The notes under the pieces: generated by a model
Told to the model about the DNA's origin: nothing
Databases searched by the model: none
Seen by the model: the letters and a program-made list of their open reading frames with translations, nothing else
Program-made: the position numbers and the translations under genes
Shown: positions 23,590-35,425 of the stretch, piece after piece
Layout: each line of letters starts with the position of its first letter
Position numbering within the stretch: the stretch's first letter is position 1
Source of the DNA: Asterionella formosa
Lineage: Eukaryota
Assembly: GCA_002256025.1 (NCBI GenBank)
Contig: NKIB01013960.1
Span: 1-49,369 of the forward strand
Reading direction: 5' to 3'
DNA: 49,369 bases

Positions 23590-23955
23590 ATGATTTACCC
23601 TCAAACAATGTTAACAGTAGCGGATAATACCGGTGCTAAAAGAGTTATGTGTATACGAATTTTAGGTGGTAATAAAAAATACGCTGAAATTGGGGATACA
23701 ATTATTGGAGTCGTTAAAGAGGCTATACCAAATATGCCAGTTAAACGTTCGGATGTTGTTCGTGCAATTATTGTTCGGACTAAAAAAACAATTCGCCGTC
23801 CTGATGGCATGTATATTAGATTTGATGATAATGCAGTTGTTATTGTTAACTTGGATAATAATCCTCGGGGAACTCGTGTATTTGGTCCTGTAGCTCGTGA
23901 AATTCGAGAAAAAAATTTATCAAAAATAGTTTCTTTAGCCCCGGAGGTTTTATAA
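23590..23955 (+). CDS. rpl14: 50S ribosomal protein L14
   Basis: [21 protein letters not shown]. Confidence 0.98.
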   Translation: MIYPQTMLTVADNTGAKRVMCIRILGGNKKYAEIGDTIIGVVKEAIPNMPVKRSDVVRAIIVRTKKTIRRPDGMYIRFDDNAVVIVNLDNNPRGTRVFGPVAREIREKNLSKIVSLAPEVL

Positions 23956-24204
23956 ATGAAAAAAGAACTAAAAATACATGTCAAAATTGGTGATAATGTA
24001 ACAGTTATTTCTGGATTTCATAAAACTAAAAATGGGGAAATAATTAAAATTAATAAGAGAACAGGAAAAGTTATTGTAAAAGGAGTTAATTTTAAGTTTA
24101 AACATATTAAACCAAATAGTGCTAATGAAATTGGTGAAATTAAACAATTTGAAGCTCCTATTCATCATTCCAATGTGAAATTAAATAGAAACGAAACATT
24201 ATAA
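23956..24204 (+). CDS. rpl24: 50S ribosomal protein L24
   Basis: HVKIGDNVTVISG (KOW motif), EAPIHHSNV. Confidence 0.96.
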   Translation: MKKELKIHVKIGDNVTVISGFHKTKNGEIIKINKRTGKVIVKGVNFKFKHIKPNSANEIGEIKQFEAPIHHSNVKLNRNETL

Positions 24205-24205
24205 A

Positions 24206-24922
24206 ATGCTAAATCAACATTCATTAGAAGAAATTGCAGAAATTCATCGTTTACTTGAAGATATAAAAAAAGAATATGAAGAGGGTATAAAACCAATTCT
24301 ATTAAAAAATAGCCCTAATTTATTCGATAATCCTCATACTGTTCCGAAACTTAAAAAAATTCAAATTAACCGAGGTCTTGGATTAGCAGCACAAAATACT
24401 AATATTTTAAAAAAAAGTATTGAAGAATTTGTAAAAATTACTGGCCAAAAACCATTAATTACAAAGTCAAAAAAGGCAATTGCTGGTTTTAAAATTCGTG
24501 AAGATATGGAATTAGGGCTAAATGTTACTTTACGTGGGGAAAAAATGTATAGTTTTTTAACTAAATTAATTTTTTTTACATTCGCTCAAATCCGTGATTT
24601 TCGTGGTTTATCATTAAGAAGTTTTGATAAAGCAGGCAATTATACATTTGGTTTAAAAGAGCAATTAATTTTCCCAGAAATTAATTATGAAGATGTTGAT
24701 CAAAGCCAAGGTTTTACCATTACTTTAGTTTTAGAAAATACGGCTCCTAAATACCGATCAACAACAATGGATAGAATTTTAAATGGAATGATTCTTTTTA
24801 AATTTTTAAGATTCCCATTAAATGATTCAGGTTATTACGATAAGTATTCTTCATTTTCTGAAATTAATCGTGCTTGGGATAAAAAACGCCATTTAAAAAG
24901 AAAACGTTGGTCTCAAGAATAA
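24206..24922 (+). CDS. rpl5: 50S ribosomal protein L5
   Basis: [31 protein letters not shown]. Confidence 0.97.
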   Translation: MLNQHSLEEIAEIHRLLEDIKKEYEEGIKPILLKNSPNLFDNPHTVPKLKKIQINRGLGLAAQNTNILKKSIEEFVKITGQKPLITKSKKAIAGFKIREDMELGLNVTLRGEKMYSFLTKLIFFTFAQIRDFRGLSLRSFDKAGNYTFGLKEQLIFPEINYEDVDQSQGFTITLVLENTAPKYRSTTMDRILNGMILFKFLRFPLNDSGYYDKYSSFSEINRAWDKKRHLKRKRWSQE

Positions 24923-24966
24923 ATATAGATATATATATACAAACTGCTAGTTATAAGGAGAGATTT

Positions 24967-25365
24967 GTGGTAACAGATACTATTGCGGATATGCTAACAA
25001 GAATTCGAAATGCAAATATGGTAGGACATCAGATTGTACAAATTCCATCAACAAAAATGTCATTCGCAATTGCATCCATATTAAAAGAGGAAGGTTTTAT
25101 CGAAGAATTTGAATATTATATTGAAGATCAAAGACAATATTTATTAATATCTTTAAAATACTTAGGAAAATCTAGAAAACCAGCAATTGTTAAAATTGAA
25201 CGAGTAAGTAAACCTGGTTTAAGGATTTATAAAAATTCAAAAACATTACCAGTAGTTTTAAATTCTTTAGGAATAGCAATTATCTCAACTTCAAAAGGGG
25301 TTATGACAAATGTAAAGGCTAAAGAACTTGGGATTGGTGGCGAGGTTTTATGTTATATATGGTAA
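24967..25365 (+). CDS. rps8: 30S ribosomal protein S8 (GTG start)
   Basis: [39 protein letters not shown] before GTG 24967. Confidence 0.96.
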   Translation: MVTDTIADMLTRIRNANMVGHQIVQIPSTKMSFAIASILKEEGFIEEFEYYIEDQRQYLLISLKYLGKSRKPAIVKIERVSKPGLRIYKNSKTLPVVLNSLGIAIISTSKGVMTNVKAKELGIGGEVLCYIW

Positions 25366-25384
25366 ATAAAAGGAGTTTATAAAA

Positions 25385-25924
25385 ATGTCAAGAATTGGTA
25401 GATTAGCAATTGTTGTACCGGATACCGTTAACATTATTGATAATGTTTCAAGCGTTACTGTTACAGGAAAGTTTGGGACATTAGATCTTGATATTCCACC
25501 ATTTATTGAATTTGTTAAAAAAGAAGGCAGAATTAATATTAATTTAAAAGAGCCTTGTCCAAAAAATGCTAACGCTTTACGTGGTTTATATAGAACATTA
25601 CTTTTTAATTTGGTTATTGGAGTCTCAGAACAATTTGAGACAACTCTATTATTGAAAGGTGTAGGCTATCGTGCTATAATACAAGAAAATGAAATTGTTT
25701 TAAGTTTGGGATTTAGTCATCCTGTTAAACTTGAAATTCCAAAAACTATTAATGCAGAAGTAATTCAAAACACAACAATAATTCTAAAATCTTGTGATAA
25801 AGAACTTTTAGGTTTATTTGCTGCAAAAGTGCGTTCGTGGCGAGAACCTGAACCTTATAAAGGAAAAGGGATTCTTTATAAAAACGAGATAATTCAACGT
25901 AAAGCTGGTAAATCAGGTAAATAA
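25385..25924 (+). CDS. rpl6: 50S ribosomal protein L6
   Basis: [21 protein letters not shown]. Confidence 0.98.
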   Translation: MSRIGRLAIVVPDTVNIIDNVSSVTVTGKFGTLDLDIPPFIEFVKKEGRININLKEPCPKNANALRGLYRTLLFNLVIGVSEQFETTLLLKGVGYRAIIQENEIVLSLGFSHPVKLEIPKTINAEVIQNTTIILKSCDKELLGLFAAKVRSWREPEPYKGKGILYKNEIIQRKAGKSGK

Positions 25925-25967
25925 TTTAATTATATATTTAATAACTCTAATATTTAAAATTGGAATT

Positions 25968-26375
25968 ATGAAATTTTCAAAACAAGCCTTAATAAAACTA
26001 AAAAATAAAAATAAAAAGTTAAAACCAAGTAAATATAAAAAATTAAAACGAGATGGCATTCGGGGTCGTATTAAAGGTACTAGTCAACGACCAAGATTAT
26101 CAGTATACCGCTCAAATGAAAATATTTACGCCCAAATAATTGATGATACAACATCTAGAACATTAGTTTCTTGTTCAACATTAGATCGTACCATTAAAAT
26201 TGAAATTACTAATGGCCGAACATGTGAAGCTTCAAGAATTATGGGAGAAAAATTAGCTGAACTTAGTTTGAGACAAAATATTACTAAAATTGTATTTGAT
26301 AAAGGACCGTATCTATACCATGGTCGAATTAAAGCCTTGGCAGATGGTGCCAGAGCAGGTGGTCTTCAGTTTTAA
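25968..26375 (+). CDS. rpl18: 50S ribosomal protein L18
   Basis: [33 protein letters not shown]. Confidence 0.97.
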   Translation: MKFSKQALIKLKNKNKKLKPSKYKKLKRDGIRGRIKGTSQRPRLSVYRSNENIYAQIIDDTTSRTLVSCSTLDRTIKIEITNGRTCEASRIMGEKLAELSLRQNITKIVFDKGPYLYHGRIKALADGARAGGLQF

Positions 26376-26415
26376 TTCCAAATTTGAAAACAAGTATAAA
26401 ATTTGAATAAATTCT

Positions 26416-26952
26416 ATGAGTAGTGATTTAAAACAAGTAAATAAGCTAAAAAAAAATACTAGACGTAATAATACTATACAAGAACCAAAATTGGTTGAAC
26501 GTTTAATAAAAATTAGTCGCGTATCTAAAGTAACTAAAGGTGGAAAAAAACTAAGTTTTAGAGCAATTGTTGTGGTTGGTAATGAAAAAGGACAAGTAGG
26601 TGTAGGAGTTGCCAAAGCAGATGATGTAGTCAATGCATTTAAGAAAGGAAAAGCAGATGCTCGAAAAAATTTAATAACATTTCCTTTAACAAAGTATTTA
26701 ACTATTCCTCATCGTGTAAGTGGTAATTTTGGGGCATGTAAAATTATTATGCGACCATCTATTGAAGGTTCTGGTGTTATTGCAGGTGGTGCTATTAGAA
26801 TTGTCTTAGAAGTTGCAGGAGTTAAAAATGTAATTGCAAAACAATTAGGATCTAATAATTTATTAAATAATGCAAGAGCATCGATTTGTGCTTTAGAAAA
26901 TTTAACTACAAAATCAGAAGTAACAAAAAAACGAAGTCTTACTCTAAATTAG
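26416..26952 (+). CDS. rps5: 30S ribosomal protein S5
   Basis: RVSKVTKGGK, GSGVIAGG. Confidence 0.98.
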   Translation: MSSDLKQVNKLKKNTRRNNTIQEPKLVERLIKISRVSKVTKGGKKLSFRAIVVVGNEKGQVGVGVAKADDVVNAFKKGKADARKNLITFPLTKYLTIPHRVSGNFGACKIIMRPSIEGSGVIAGGAIRIVLEVAGVKNVIAKQLGSNNLLNNARASICALENLTTKSEVTKKRSLTLN

Positions 26953-26981
26953 ATTAAGAGATACGATGTGATAAGAAAAAA

Positions 26982-28244
26982 GTGAAAATTATAAATACAA
27001 TAAGTCTGCAAATTATACTTAAACGTTTATTGATTAGTTTAGGCGTAATTTTATTTATTAGAATTGGAAGTTTTCTTCCAGTACCAGGGATTAATCATAC
27101 TGATTTAGCTTTATATATTCAAGCAAATCCTGTTGCAAAAAGTTTAGTTAGTACTTTTTCGGGCGATGATACATTTGTGATTGGGCTATTTACATTAAAT
27201 ATTTTTCCTTATATTAATGCATCTATTTTAGTTCAATTAGTAATTGCTTTTTCACCTTCTTTATCACGATTACAAAAAGAAGGTGATCTAAACGCTCGGC
27301 GTTCATTAAATCGTTTAACACGTTTTATTACATTAATTTGGGCCATTATACAAAGTGTAAGTTTAGGTATTTATTTAAAACAGATTTTATTTGATTGGAA
27401 TATTCAATTACTATTTGAAATAGTTATTTGGTTAACTACTGGTGCCATGATTGTTTTATGGTTAAGTGAATTAATTACTGATTATGGTCTAGGCAATGGA
27501 GCATCTTTATTAATTTATACTAATATTGTTTCCAGTTTCCCTAATTTGTATAAAAAAATTATATTTACAAATACTGAAAATTTAACTTTCTTTTCTGTTT
27601 CAATAATTATTTTATTAATTGTAGCTTCTTTATTTGCAATTGTTTTATTACAAGAAGGGGTAAGACGTATTCAATTACTGTCCTCGAAACAATTAAACCA
27701 AGTCGATAATAAAGACTCAAGACTAATTAATACTTATATACCTTTACGATTAAATCAAGCAGGTGTAATGCCAATTATTTTAACTACTACTGTACTTGTT
27801 TTACCAAGTTACATTAATAATTTAGGTATATTACCAGTATTTGATATAACAACACCTGCCTTTTTAATATTCTCTAAAATTTTTTATTGGTTAGCATACT
27901 TTACTTTAATTTTATTATTTAGTTCTTTTTATTCTACGATTGTTCTAAATCCTAAAGATATCTCAGATCAATTACAAAAAATGGCTGTTACAATACCAGG
28001 AACTAGAACAGGTGTTCAAACAACGTTTTATTTAAAAAAAGTTATGAAACGCCTAACAATTTTAGGTGCTCTTATGCTTGCACTATTAGCTACGCTTCCA
28101 AATTTAATTGAAGTAACACTAAATATCTCAAGTCTTAATGGTCTTAGTACAACTTCATTATTAATTATGGCAGGGGTATTAGTAGATATTTCCAGAGAAG
28201 TAGATGATATTATCTATTCAAATATTTACAAGAAAAATTATTGA
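26982..28244 (+). CDS. secY: Preprotein translocase SecY (GTG start)
   Basis: LPVPGIN, PYINASI, GLGNGASLLI, NQAGVMPII. Confidence 0.97.
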   Translation: MKIINTISLQIILKRLLISLGVILFIRIGSFLPVPGINHTDLALYIQANPVAKSLVSTFSGDDTFVIGLFTLNIFPYINASILVQLVIAFSPSLSRLQKEGDLNARRSLNRLTRFITLIWAIIQSVSLGIYLKQILFDWNIQLLFEIVIWLTTGAMIVLWLSELITDYGLGNGASLLIYTNIVSSFPNLYKKIIFTNTENLTFFSVSIIILLIVASLFAIVLLQEGVRRIQLLSSKQLNQVDNKDSRLINTYIPLRLNQAGVMPIILTTTVLVLPSYINNLGILPVFDITTPAFLIFSKIFYWLAYFTLILLFSSFYSTIVLNPKDISDQLQKMAVTIPGTRTGVQTTFYLKKVMKRLTILGALMLALLATLPNLIEVTLNISSLNGLSTTSLLIMAGVLVDISREVDDIIYSNIYKKNY

Positions 28245-28280
28245 TAAATACAATTAAAAATTTACATTTTAAATTTTAAC

Positions 28281-28394
28281 ATGAAAGTTCGTCCATCTGT
28301 AAAAAAAATGTGTGAGAAATGTCGTGTTATTAAAAGACATGGTCGAGTTATGGTAATTTGTCCAAATCCAAAGCATAAACAACGTCAAGGATAA
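28281..28394 (+). CDS. rpl36: 50S ribosomal protein L36 (37 aa)
   Basis: Hand translation [37 protein letters not shown]. Confidence 0.98.
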   Translation: MKVRPSVKKMCEKCRVIKRHGRVMVICPNPKHKQRQG

Positions 28395-28415
28395 TATTTA
28401 AAGGAGTTTATAAAA

Positions 28416-28787
28416 ATGGTCAGATTAGTCGGTGTCGATTTACCAAGAAATAAAAGAATTGCATATGCACTTACTTATATTCATGGAGTCGGTCTTACGT
28501 CAGCAAACAAAATTCTTGAAATTTCAGAAATTAGTTCTCAAACAAGAACTAACGATTTAACCACAGAACAAACTATTGCTTTAAGAGAAGCATTAGAAAC
28601 TATAGGATTAAAATTAGAAGGGGATTTACGACGTTTTAATGGTTTAAATATTAAGCGGTTAAGCGAAATTAATTGTCATAGAGGCAAACGTCATCGTGCA
28701 TGTTTACCGGTACGCGGCCAAAGAACTCGAACAAACGCACGCGCTAGACGTGGGGCAAAGAAAACAGTTACTAATAAGAAAAGATAA
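28416..28787 (+). CDS. rps13: 30S ribosomal protein S13
   Basis: MVRLVGVDLP, LPVRGQRTRTNAR. Confidence 0.98.
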   Translation: MVRLVGVDLPRNKRIAYALTYIHGVGLTSANKILEISEISSQTRTNDLTTEQTIALREALETIGLKLEGDLRRFNGLNIKRLSEINCHRGKRHRACLPVRGQRTRTNARARRGAKKTVTNKKR

Positions 28788-28817
28788 TTTGAAATAAAAT
28801 TAAATTTATACTTTAAT

Positions 28818-29210
28818 ATGGCACAAACAACTAAAAAATCAAACCTTAGAAAAGATAAAAGTAGTTCTCAGAAAGGAATTGTACATATTCAATCAACTTT
28901 TAATAATACAATTATAACAATCACAAATCTAACAGGTGATACTATTTCATGGGCGTCAGCTGGTAGTGCTGGTTTTAAAGGAGCAAGAAAAAGTACCCCA
29001 TTCGCAGCACAAACAGCTGCTGAAAAAGCAGCAATTGAAGCTGCAAACAATGGCATGAAAACAGTTCAAATATTTGTAAAAGGTCAAGGTTCAGGACGAG
29101 AAACTGCTATCCGAGCAATTGAAGCAGCTAGATTTGAAATTACCTCAATTGAAGACATCACTTCTGTACCACATAATGGCTGTCGCCCACCAAAGCGACG
29201 TCGTGTTTAA
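28818..29210 (+). CDS. rps11: 30S ribosomal protein S11
   Basis: [29 protein letters not shown]. Confidence 0.98.
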   Translation: MAQTTKKSNLRKDKSSSQKGIVHIQSTFNNTIITITNLTGDTISWASAGSAGFKGARKSTPFAAQTAAEKAAIEAANNGMKTVQIFVKGQGSGRETAIRAIEAARFEITSIEDITSVPHNGCRPPKRRRV

Positions 29211-29236
29211 ATTTTACATTTGTTTAAAATTTTAAT

Positions 29237-30172
29237 ATGAATAATATTTCTATTAAATGCCTTAAATCAGAAAAACTTCAGTCAGGTATTTGTTATGGCC
29301 AATTTTTAATAAATTCTTTACATCCTGGACAAGGAATAACAATTGGAAATCAACTAAGACGTGTACTTTTAGCTGATTTAGGTGGAAAAGCAATTTCTGC
29401 TGTTAGAATTGCTGGAGTTCGACATGAATTTTCTACTATTCCTGGAGTTCGCGAAGACACTCTTGAAATTCTTTTAAATTTAAAAGGAATTATTTTTAAA
29501 GGAAATAATAAAGAAGTAGAGTTTGGCAGATTAAGGGTTCAAGGGCCAATGGTTATAACAGCGGATCTTATTGAATTACCTGAGAATTTAGAAATTGTTA
29601 ATTCAAATCATTATATCGCGACAATTTCAACGTCTAGTATTCTTGAGTTTGAATTCAAAATTGAGTATGGAACAGGTTATAAATTAGCTTCACAATTATT
29701 CTCTCAAGAAGATGAAAGTTATTTGGAATTAGATTCTATATTTATGCCTGTACAAAAAGTAGATTTTAAAATTGAAAATGTTTATGATAATTCAAATAAT
29801 ATTACTGAACGTTTATTTATGGATATTTGGACCGATGGAAGTATCTCACCAAATGATGCATTAAAATCGGCTGCTCAAATTATTATAAACCTTTTTACAC
29901 TGTTAATTGAAAATAAACCAAATAACGAAAGTACTGAAACAAAAATAAATAAACAATCATTAAGTATTAAACCATATACAAATATTGCTGTTGAAGAGTT
30001 ACAATTATCAGTACGTGCATATAATTGTTTAAAAAAAGCACAGATTAATACAGTAGGCGACTTATTACAATATTCACCGGAAAAATTACAAGAACTTAAA
30101 AATTTTGGTAAAAAATCGGCTGATGAAGTATTTTCAACTTTAAAAAACAAATTAGGTATTATTTTAAAATAA
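29237..30172 (+). CDS. rpoA: RNA polymerase alpha subunit
   Basis: GQGITIGNQLRRVLL, HEFSTIPGVRED, ELQLSVRAYNCLK. Confidence 0.98.
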   Translation: MNNISIKCLKSEKLQSGICYGQFLINSLHPGQGITIGNQLRRVLLADLGGKAISAVRIAGVRHEFSTIPGVREDTLEILLNLKGIIFKGNNKEVEFGRLRVQGPMVITADLIELPENLEIVNSNHYIATISTSSILEFEFKIEYGTGYKLASQLFSQEDESYLELDSIFMPVQKVDFKIENVYDNSNNITERLFMDIWTDGSISPNDALKSAAQIIINLFTLLIENKPNNESTETKINKQSLSIKPYTNIAVEELQLSVRAYNCLKKAQINTVGDLLQYSPEKLQELKNFGKKSADEVFSTLKNKLGIILK

Positions 30173-30234
30173 AAGATTCTAGAAATTAAAATGTTAACGA
30201 TTATTATTAATAAGTTAATTTAATAAAAAAAGAC

Positions 30235-30690
30235 ATGACTGCATTAAATAAAACATTTTTACCAAGTCAAAGGCAAGAAAATCGAAATTGGTTTATTATT
30301 GATTGTCAAGGGCAAAAATTAGGTCGATTAGCAACATTAATTACTGCAATATTAAAAGGTAAAATAAAACCTCATTATTATCCTTCAATAGATGTTGGTG
30401 ATTATATAATTTTGGTTAATGCTGATTCAATTCTAGTGAATCCAAAAACTACTCACTATCTAGTAAATAAACCAGGTCGACCGGGTAGTTCATTAAAAAT
30501 TAGAAATGTTTCTGATTCACTTGCTAAGTTTACAATTGAACGTACAATTAAAGGGATGCTATCAGAAACAGAGACAAAACGTTTAATGCGAAGATTAAAT
30601 GTTTATAGTGATCAAAATCATCCACACGAAGCTCAAAACCCAATTAAACTTAATTTAGATAATCTTAATTTTGAAACTGAAACTAAATAA
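30235..30690 (+). CDS. rpl13: 50S ribosomal protein L13
   Basis: WFIIDCQGQKLGRLA, DVGDY, HPHEAQNP. Confidence 0.96.
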   Translation: MTALNKTFLPSQRQENRNWFIIDCQGQKLGRLATLITAILKGKIKPHYYPSIDVGDYIILVNADSILVNPKTTHYLVNKPGRPGSSLKIRNVSDSLAKFTIERTIKGMLSETETKRLMRRLNVYSDQNHPHEAQNPIKLNLDNLNFETETK

Positions 30691-30774
30691 TAATAGTCTT
30701 CAATTTTTAAAGTTTAGTTTTCAATCAACTTTAATATTAACGAGATAATAAATTAATAAGTAATATTTAAAATC

Positions 30775-31191
30775 ATGAATTCAACAATAAACTTAGTTTT
30801 TCAAAAAAATAATATTGGGCTTGGAAAACGAAAACACGCAGTTGCAAGAGTTTTTTTAGTACCAGGTGACGGTAATATTATTATTAATAAACTACCGGGA
30901 GAAAAGTATTTACAGTATAATGAAACTTATCTAGGATTAATTAAAGCCCCACTTGAAAAACTTAATTTAAATAGTCAATTTAATATTGTTGCTTTAGTAA
31001 CAGGTGGAGGATTAACAGGTCAAGCAGAAGCAATTCAACTAGGAGTTGCTAGATTGCTATGTAAAATGGAAGTCCAAAATAGAGCAATATTAAAACCGTT
31101 TGGATTTTTAACTCGTGATGCTCGTATTAAAGAACGGAAAAAATATGGACTACGGAAAGCTCGGAAAGCTCCACAATACTCTAAACGATAA
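30775..31191 (+). CDS. rps9: 30S ribosomal protein S9
   Basis: GGGLTGQA, ERKKYGLRKARKAPQYSKR. Confidence 0.98.
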   Translation: MNSTINLVFQKNNIGLGKRKHAVARVFLVPGDGNIIINKLPGEKYLQYNETYLGLIKAPLEKLNLNSQFNIVALVTGGGLTGQAEAIQLGVARLLCKMEVQNRAILKPFGFLTRDARIKERKKYGLRKARKAPQYSKR

Positions 31192-31215
31192 ATTTATAAC
31201 AATAAATAAAAGAAT

Positions 31216-31431
31216 ATGCCAAAATCTGAAATACATCCTAATTGGTTTCCAATGGCAAAAATTATATGTGATGGGAAACCAATCTGTTTAGTAGGTTCTA
31301 CTAAAAAAGAATTACAAATTGATATTTGGTTAGGAAATCATCCGTTTTATACAGATTCCCAAGTTCTTGTGGATAGTGAGGGTCGAGTAGAAAAATTTAT
31401 GAAAAAATATCAATTATCATTAGCAGATTAA
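31216..31431 (+). CDS. rpl31: 50S ribosomal protein L31
   Basis: MPKSEIHPNW, NHPFYT, GRVEKFMKKY. Confidence 0.96.
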   Translation: MPKSEIHPNWFPMAKIICDGKPICLVGSTKKELQIDIWLGNHPFYTDSQVLVDSEGRVEKFMKKYQLSLAD

Positions 31432-31460
31432 TAAAATAATTAAAATAATTTTTAACTTAT

Positions 31461-31841
31461 ATGCCAACTATACAGCAATTAGTTCGTTCAAGACGTATAC
31501 AGATAAAAAAAAAAACGAAATCACCAGCACTAGTAAATTGTCCTCAAAGACGCGGAGTCTGTACTCGTGTTTATACTACAACACCTAAAAAACCAAACTC
31601 AGCAATCCGAAAAGTTGCCAGGGTTAGACTTACATCAGGCTTTGAAGTTACTGCTTATATACCAGGAATAGGTCATAATTTACAAGAACATTCAGTGGTT
31701 TTGATTAGAGGTGGGAGAGTAAAAGATTTACCTGGTGTTCGTTATCATATTATTAGAGGTGCTTTAGACACTGGTGGGGTTAAAATTCGAACACAAGGAC
31801 GTTCAAAATACGGAGTTAAGAAACCAAAAGCCAATAAATAA
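31461..31841 (+). CDS. rps12: 30S ribosomal protein S12
   Basis: [28 protein letters not shown]. Confidence 0.99.
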   Translation: MPTIQQLVRSRRIQIKKKTKSPALVNCPQRRGVCTRVYTTTPKKPNSAIRKVARVRLTSGFEVTAYIPGIGHNLQEHSVVLIRGGRVKDLPGVRYHIIRGALDTGGVKIRTQGRSKYGVKKPKANK

Positions 31842-31930
31842 TAATTTTAATATGTAATAATATTTGAGAAAATTATTTATTGCCTTTTTCATTGATATAA
31901 AAATTATAGAAAAAAATTTTAAACTTAATT

Positions 31931-32401
31931 ATGTCGCGTCGAAATATATCAAAAAAACGCTTTCCTCAACCTGACTCACTTTATAATAGTTTTTTGGTTA
32001 GTTTACTAATTACAAGAATTTTAAAATCAGGCAAAAAAAATTTAGCAAAAAACATTGTACATCAAGCTTTTGATATAATAAAAAAAAAAACAGACCAAGA
32101 TCCATTAGAAGTCTTTGAAAAAGCTATACGAAATGCTAGTCCAGTAGTTGAAGTTAAGGCTAGACGAGTTGGGGGTTCTACATATCAAGTACCAATTGAA
32201 GTTAGTGGATTCAGAGCTACCAATTTATCTTTACGTTGGATCCTTAGATATTCTGGTCAAAGAGTTGGTCGAAGTATGGCTATAAAACTTGCAAATGAAA
32301 TCATTGACACATCTAATGAAATTGGTAATACTATAAAGAAAAAAGAAGAAATTCATAAAATGGCAGAAGCTAATAAAGCGTTTGCTCATTTTAGATATTA
32401 A
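31931..32401 (+). CDS. rps7: 30S ribosomal protein S7
   Basis: [25 protein letters not shown]. Confidence 0.98.
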   Translation: MSRRNISKKRFPQPDSLYNSFLVSLLITRILKSGKKNLAKNIVHQAFDIIKKKTDQDPLEVFEKAIRNASPVVEVKARRVGGSTYQVPIEVSGFRATNLSLRWILRYSGQRVGRSMAIKLANEIIDTSNEIGNTIKKKEEIHKMAEANKAFAHFRY

Positions 32402-32471
32402 AATTTATTTACTCTCTTCTCGCTAAAAGCTTTATATTTATTTATAAAAACTAATTTAAAGGAATTTGAAA

Positions 32472-33701
32472 ATGGCACGTGAAAAATTTGAACGTACAAA
32501 ACCGCATGTTAATATTGGGACTATTGGTCATGTTGATCATGGTAAAACAACACTAACAGCAGCTATTACTGCAGTTTTAGCATTAAATGGAAATTGTGTT
32601 GCAAAAGCTATTTCAGAAATTGATGGTGCTCCTGAAGAACGTGCTCGTGGTATTACTATTAACACTGCTCATGTAGAGTACGAAACAGAAACTCGTCATT
32701 ATGCTCATGTTGATTGTCCAGGACACGCAGATTACGTAAAAAATATGATTACTGGTGCCGCGCAAATGGACGGTGCAATTTTAGTAGTATCTGCGGCTGA
32801 TGGTCCAATGCCACAAACCCGTGAACATATTCTATTATCAAAACAAATTGGTGTTCCAGATATTGTTGTTTTTTTAAACAAAGAAGATCAAGTAGATGAT
32901 CCTGAATTACTAGAATTAGTTGAATTAGAAGTTCGTGAACTGCTTTCTGCATATGATTTTCCCGGTGATAAAATTCCAATTTGTCCTGGCTCTGCATTAC
33001 AAGCTATTGAAGCAATTACTGCTGATCCAAAGATTGTTCGTGGTATAAATCCATGGGTCGATAAAATATATGCATTAATGGACGCAGTTGATACTTATAT
33101 TCCAACTCCTGTCCGTGATATAGAAAAAACATTCTTAATGGCTATTGAAGATGTTTTTTCTATTACTGGGCGTGGTACAGTTTCTACCGGTCGTATTGAA
33201 CGTGGTACGATTAAAGTTGGTGAAAGTGTTGAAATTGTAGGTATTACTGATACAAAAACTACAACAGTTACTGGTATTGAAATGTTCCAAAAAACTTTAG
33301 AGCAAGGTTTTGCTGGTGATAACGTTGGTATACTATTACGTGGTATAACTCGTGAGAATATTCAACGTGGTATGGTATTAGCAAAACCAGGGACAATTAA
33401 ACCTCATACAGATTTTGAAGCAGAAGTATACGTTTTAACAAAAGATGAAGGTGGTCGACATACTCCATTTTTTACAGGTTATCGCCCACAATTTTATGTA
33501 CGAACAACTGATGTTACAGGTGCTATAACACAATTCACTGCAGATGACGAAAGTATTGTAGAAATGGTAATGCCTGGTGATCGCATTAAAATGACTGCCC
33601 AATTAATTTATCCTGTTGCTATTGAGTCTGGTATGCGTTTTGCGATTCGTGAAGGTGGACGTACAATAGGTGCCGGGGTAGTTTCAAAGATTATTAAATA
33701 G
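32472..33701 (+). CDS. tufA: Elongation factor Tu
   Basis: [39 protein letters not shown] at 32472. Confidence 0.99.
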   Translation: MAREKFERTKPHVNIGTIGHVDHGKTTLTAAITAVLALNGNCVAKAISEIDGAPEERARGITINTAHVEYETETRHYAHVDCPGHADYVKNMITGAAQMDGAILVVSAADGPMPQTREHILLSKQIGVPDIVVFLNKEDQVDDPELLELVELEVRELLSAYDFPGDKIPICPGSALQAIEAITADPKIVRGINPWVDKIYALMDAVDTYIPTPVRDIEKTFLMAIEDVFSITGRGTVSTGRIERGTIKVGESVEIVGITDTKTTTVTGIEMFQKTLEQGFAGDNVGILLRGITRENIQRGMVLAKPGTIKPHTDFEAEVYVLTKDEGGRHTPFFTGYRPQFYVRTTDVTGAITQFTADDESIVEMVMPGDRIKMTAQLIYPVAIESGMRFAIREGGRTIGAGVVSKIIK

Positions 33702-33729
33702 TTTAAAATTTATATTAAAAAAATATAGT

Positions 33730-34059
33730 ATGGAATTAATGACAAATAAAAATGCAAAGATTCGAGTTAGACTTGAATCTTTTAATCACGAAATATTAAC
33801 TTCATCATGTAACAAAATTCTTACAATTTTACAGAATATTCCTTTAAATTCTATAGGTGTAGTATCATTACCCACAAATAAAAGAATTTATTGTGTTTTA
33901 CGATCTCCACACGTTGACAAAGATTCAAGAGAACATTTTGAAGTTCGTGTTCATAAAAGAATTTTAGAAATATACTATGATTCACATTTGAATATTTTTG
34001 ATTTATTATCAAAAGCAGATTTACCTTCTGGTGTTTTCTATAGAATCTGTTTAACTTAG
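33730..34059 (+). CDS. rps10: 30S ribosomal protein S10
   Basis: KIRVRLESF, VLRSPHVDKDSREHFE. Confidence 0.97.
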   Translation: MELMTNKNAKIRVRLESFNHEILTSSCNKILTILQNIPLNSIGVVSLPTNKRIYCVLRSPHVDKDSREHFEVRVHKRILEIYYDSHLNIFDLLSKADLPSGVFYRICLT

Positions 34060-34125
34060 AATTTATTTGACCCTTATTATAAATTTATAATAAGGGTCAA
34101 ATAAATTCTAAGTTAAACAGATTCT
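34042..34125. repeat. Perfect 84-bp palindrome at the end of the r-protein operon; likely bidirectional terminator
   Basis: 42-bp arms, no spacer, centre 34083/34084; includes the last 18 nt of rps10. Confidence 0.95.
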
Positions 34126-34205
34126 TTATTTAAAAAATAAAATATCAGTTGTTCTTATTTTGTACATAAAGAATTTTAGTCTGAGCATTAAATTAATCTA
34201 AAAGC

Positions 34206-35144
34206 TTATGAGAACCAACCATAGCTATGTAATCCTTTACCTAAGAAATTTACGCCTAAATAACAAATCCAAATCACAAAGAATCCTAATCCCCCTAGGA
34301 TAGCAGTCTTTTTACCTTCCCACCCTTTTGTAATTCGCGCATGTAAATAAGTTGCAAAGACAAGCCACGTAATAAGTGCCCATGTTTCTTTTGGATCCCA
34401 ACTCCAATAAGATCCCCAGGCTTCATTGGCCCAAACGCCACCTGAAATAATCCCAATGGTTAAAAATGGAAAACCAAGACCAATAATACGGTAACTCCAG
34501 TTATCTAAACTTTGTAATAATTTTAATTTACCTAATTCTGATAAATTATTAGAAGATGACAAAACTTGTGCCTCATAATAATCGAGCATGATATTATAAA
34601 GTGGTAATGATGAATCATCAATTATTTTTAAATCTATATCTCTATATTTTGAAATTACTAAAAATAGTATACATAGTAATGATCCTAAAATTAAAGTTGC
34701 GTAACTTAATAACATCATACTAACATGCATCATTAACCAATTTGATTGTAAAGCCGGAACTAATGGACTTGACTTTTGCATTTCTGGTGAAAGAGTTAGG
34801 TTAGCAAAACCATTAATTAAGAGTGCTATTGGTATCAAAATTGCCCCAATAACTTTACTTTTTGTTTTTGATTCAATATAGATATAAAGAGCTAATAAAG
34901 TCCAATCTAAAAATAATAAAGATTCATATAGATTGCTTAATGGAAAATACCCTGCTACAATCCATCGTGAACAAAGTATGAAAAATAGTAAAATATTAGA
35001 TAATATAATGCTTCCTTTGGCAATTTTAGCCAATAAACTTGTCTTATTAAAAAACGATAAATTTATCCAATATAGTATCATTGTAACTAATAAAATTGCA
35101 AATACTATATTTGATAAAAAATTTTGAATTCCATTCCAATCCAT
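34206..35144 (-). CDS. ccsA: Cytochrome c biogenesis protein CcsA
   Basis: [40 protein letters not shown]; start placed at MDWN (35144). Confidence 0.96.
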   Translation of the reverse strand: MDWNGIQNFLSNIVFAILLVTMILYWINLSFFNKTSLLAKIAKGSIILSNILLFFILCSRWIVAGYFPLSNLYESLLFLDWTLLALYIYIESKTKSKVIGAILIPIALLINGFANLTLSPEMQKSSPLVPALQSNWLMMHVSMMLLSYATLILGSLLCILFLVISKYRDIDLKIIDDSSLPLYNIMLDYYEAQVLSSSNNLSELGKLKLLQSLDNWSYRIIGLGFPFLTIGIISGGVWANEAWGSYWSWDPKETWALITWLVFATYLHARITKGWEGKKTAILGGLGFFVIWICYLGVNFLGKGLHSYGWFS

Positions 35145-35363
35145 GAAATTTCTCCAATAAAAATTTTGAGATAAATTATACTGTATTATTCTACTAAAAA
35201 TCATTACGAATTTAGTTAATTTTAAAATCATTTAAATGAATCTAATCTTTATGAGTAAGGTATTTTATGTTCAAGATAAAAGATTTTATATTCTAGCAAA
35301 TAATAATTAAAGATGGTTTATTTGTAAAAATTGAAAAAATTGAACGTTTAAGGAATTTTTGAA

Positions 35364-35393
35364 TTGACATTAATCTTATCTACAAAGTAATAT
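35364..35393 (+). promoter_or_regulatory. Putative rps6 promoter
   Basis: TTGACA-N18-TAATAT. Confidence 0.55.
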
Positions 35394-35425
35394 CTTCTTA
35401 CTTTTCATAAAATAAAACATTGGTT

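Noticed and set aside
24907..24966. Extended rps8 start overlapping rpl5
   Set aside because: GTG at 24967 follows an AAGGAG SD and matches the normal S8 N-terminus
24206..26375. Terminal extensions on Rpl5 and Rpl18, and the mid-protein insertion in SecA
   Set aside because: To my knowledge typical of diatom or algal plastid orthologues; not novel
35145..35231. 29-aa N-terminal extension of CcsA in the ORF track
   Set aside because: MDW start at 35144 has a GGAG just upstream and gives the usual length
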